A stretch of DNA of 64,000 bases, from NCBI RefSeq assembly GCF_006345805.1, contig NC_043024.1, forward strand, positions 5,952,001-6,016,000. The letters run 5' to 3'. The position numbers and the translations under genes were made by a program. Shown here one piece after another: positions 62,439 to 64,000 of the stretch (position 1 is its first letter; every line of letters begins with the position of its first letter). The notes beneath the pieces are model-generated. The model ran no database searches, was not told where the DNA came from, and was given only the letters and a program-made list of their open reading frames with translations. Source of the DNA: Octopus sinensis. Taxonomy: Eukaryota.

Positions 62439-63168
62439 CGTATATGTGTATGGATTGTTTATTTACAAATCTGGGGGAGGGGTCTCTCGAAAGTGTGTGC
62501 ATGCGTATTTGTTTGTATATGCGTGTATATACTAACTAATTAATCGACGAATATACGTGTGGTAGTGAGTATCTATGAATGTATATATATGTGTATATAT
62601 TTGTTATATATATATATTTCACAAACATGAACGCTATTTATTTCTGCGTGCATGTATGTATATATGCATTGACGCTCACACACACACACACACACATACA
62701 CACACGTGTGTGTGTGTGTGTATCCCCTTATGATGTGATATGTGTGTGTGATGTGTGAAATGAGGCGGGGCAGTTAAGAATAAGAGGGTGAACAAGAGAG
62801 GCGGAGGAGGAGGAGGAGGACGGGAAGAAAGAAAGAGTGGAAAAGAGAAGGTGCGGTGTGACGTAGCGTATACGCTTATATATTTGTGTGTGTGTCTGTG
62901 TGTGTCTGTGTGTGTGTGTCTGTGTGTGTGTCTGTGTCTGTGTGTCTGTGTCTGTGTGTCTGTGTGTGTGTGTCTGTATGTCTGTGTGTGTGTGTGTTTG
63001 TGTGTGTTTGTGTTGGGTAGACGAGTTTGTTTCGGGAGTTGTTAGTGTCTCGTCTGTGTGTGTGTGTTGTGTACAAGTGAAAGGGAGAGAGAGAGAGAGA
63101 AAGAAAATGTAGATTCGACATCAAGTGTCTGTCTAGCAGTGTGCATACACACACATACACACATACAC

Positions 63169-63201
<33 letters not shown>

Positions 63202-63431
63202 TGTATGTATGTATGTATGTATGTATGTATGTATATATTTGTGTATGTGTGTGTATATGGTTTTAAATATATCCTACACACATTTACGTAAATTCGTGTG
63301 TGTTAACACACACACACATACACGCACACAGACAAACACACATACAAATACGCGCGCGCGCGAGAGAGAAAGATAGCTTTGTATGCATACACAACGGAGA
63401 TAGTATACCAATATAAGTTGTGTGCGCGCGG

Positions 63432-63474
<43 letters not shown>

Positions 63475-63564
63475 CATTAGTACATACACCCCCTCGCTTT
63501 GCCCGCACACACATGCATTGATACGGACAACTAAATGTAGAGATAGATGAATAGTCACAGATAG

Positions 63565-63970
63565 TGGCTGCATGGTAAGTAACTTGCTTACCTACCACAT
63601 GGTTCCAGGTTCAGTCCCACTGCGTGGCACCTTGGGCAAGTGTCTTCTGCTATAGCCCCGGGCTGACCAATGCCTTGTGAGTGGATTTGGTAGACGGAAA
63701 CTGAAAGACGCCCATCGTATATATGCATATGTATATATGTATGTGTGTGTGTATATATGTTTGTGTGTCTGTGTTTATCCCCCCCAACATCGCTTGGCAA
63801 CCGATGCTGTTGTGTTTACGTCCTTGTACTCAGTGGTTCGGCAAAAGAGATCGATTGAATAAGTACTAACTAGGCTTACAAAGAATAAGTCCTGGGGTCG
63901 ATTTGCTCGACTAAAGGCGGTGCCCCAGCATGGCCACAGCCAAATGACTGAAACAAGTAAAAGAGTAAAA
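63565..63970 (+). mobile_element. SINE family A, full length
   Basis: Consensus match. Confidence 0.93.
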
Positions 63971-64000
63971 GATTATATACACATACACACACACACACAC

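Noticed and set aside
171-63862. Most ORFs in the track (poly-I/Y/N, CV, HT, RE, LS peptides)
   Set aside because: Translations of microsatellites or polypurine tracts that lack stop codons; not coding.

Overview
Eukaryotic, AT-rich DNA saturated with microsatellites and short repeats. The repeat repertoire points to a coleoid cephalopod, most likely Octopus (inference): tRNA-headed SINEs with GGTTCAGTCCC and GAGTTCAAATTCC B-boxes, and very dense (CA)n, (TA)n, (GA)n and (AAT)n arrays. Almost all ORFs in the supplied track are microsatellite or SINE artefacts. The window contains over 30 copies or fragments of one CORE-like SINE (family A), about 12 of a second SINE (family B), several smaller SINE/LINE families, hAT, mariner and fold-back MITEs, and one complete non-autonomous Helitron. 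Three signals stand out. (1) A perfect 158-bp palindrome (16174-16331) encodes a minimal type-I hammerhead ribozyme fold on both strands, and a second Penelope-type hammerhead motif lies at 28680-28714. (2) A candidate minus-strand gene may span most of the window, with a signal-peptide first exon (61511-61595) and scattered 21-48 nt frame-preserving micro-exon candidates. (3) The Helitron carries a piggyBac-transposase-like fragment. Exon calls are by-eye splice-signal readings and are unvalidated. Repeat boundaries are approximate unless TSDs or TIRs are given.
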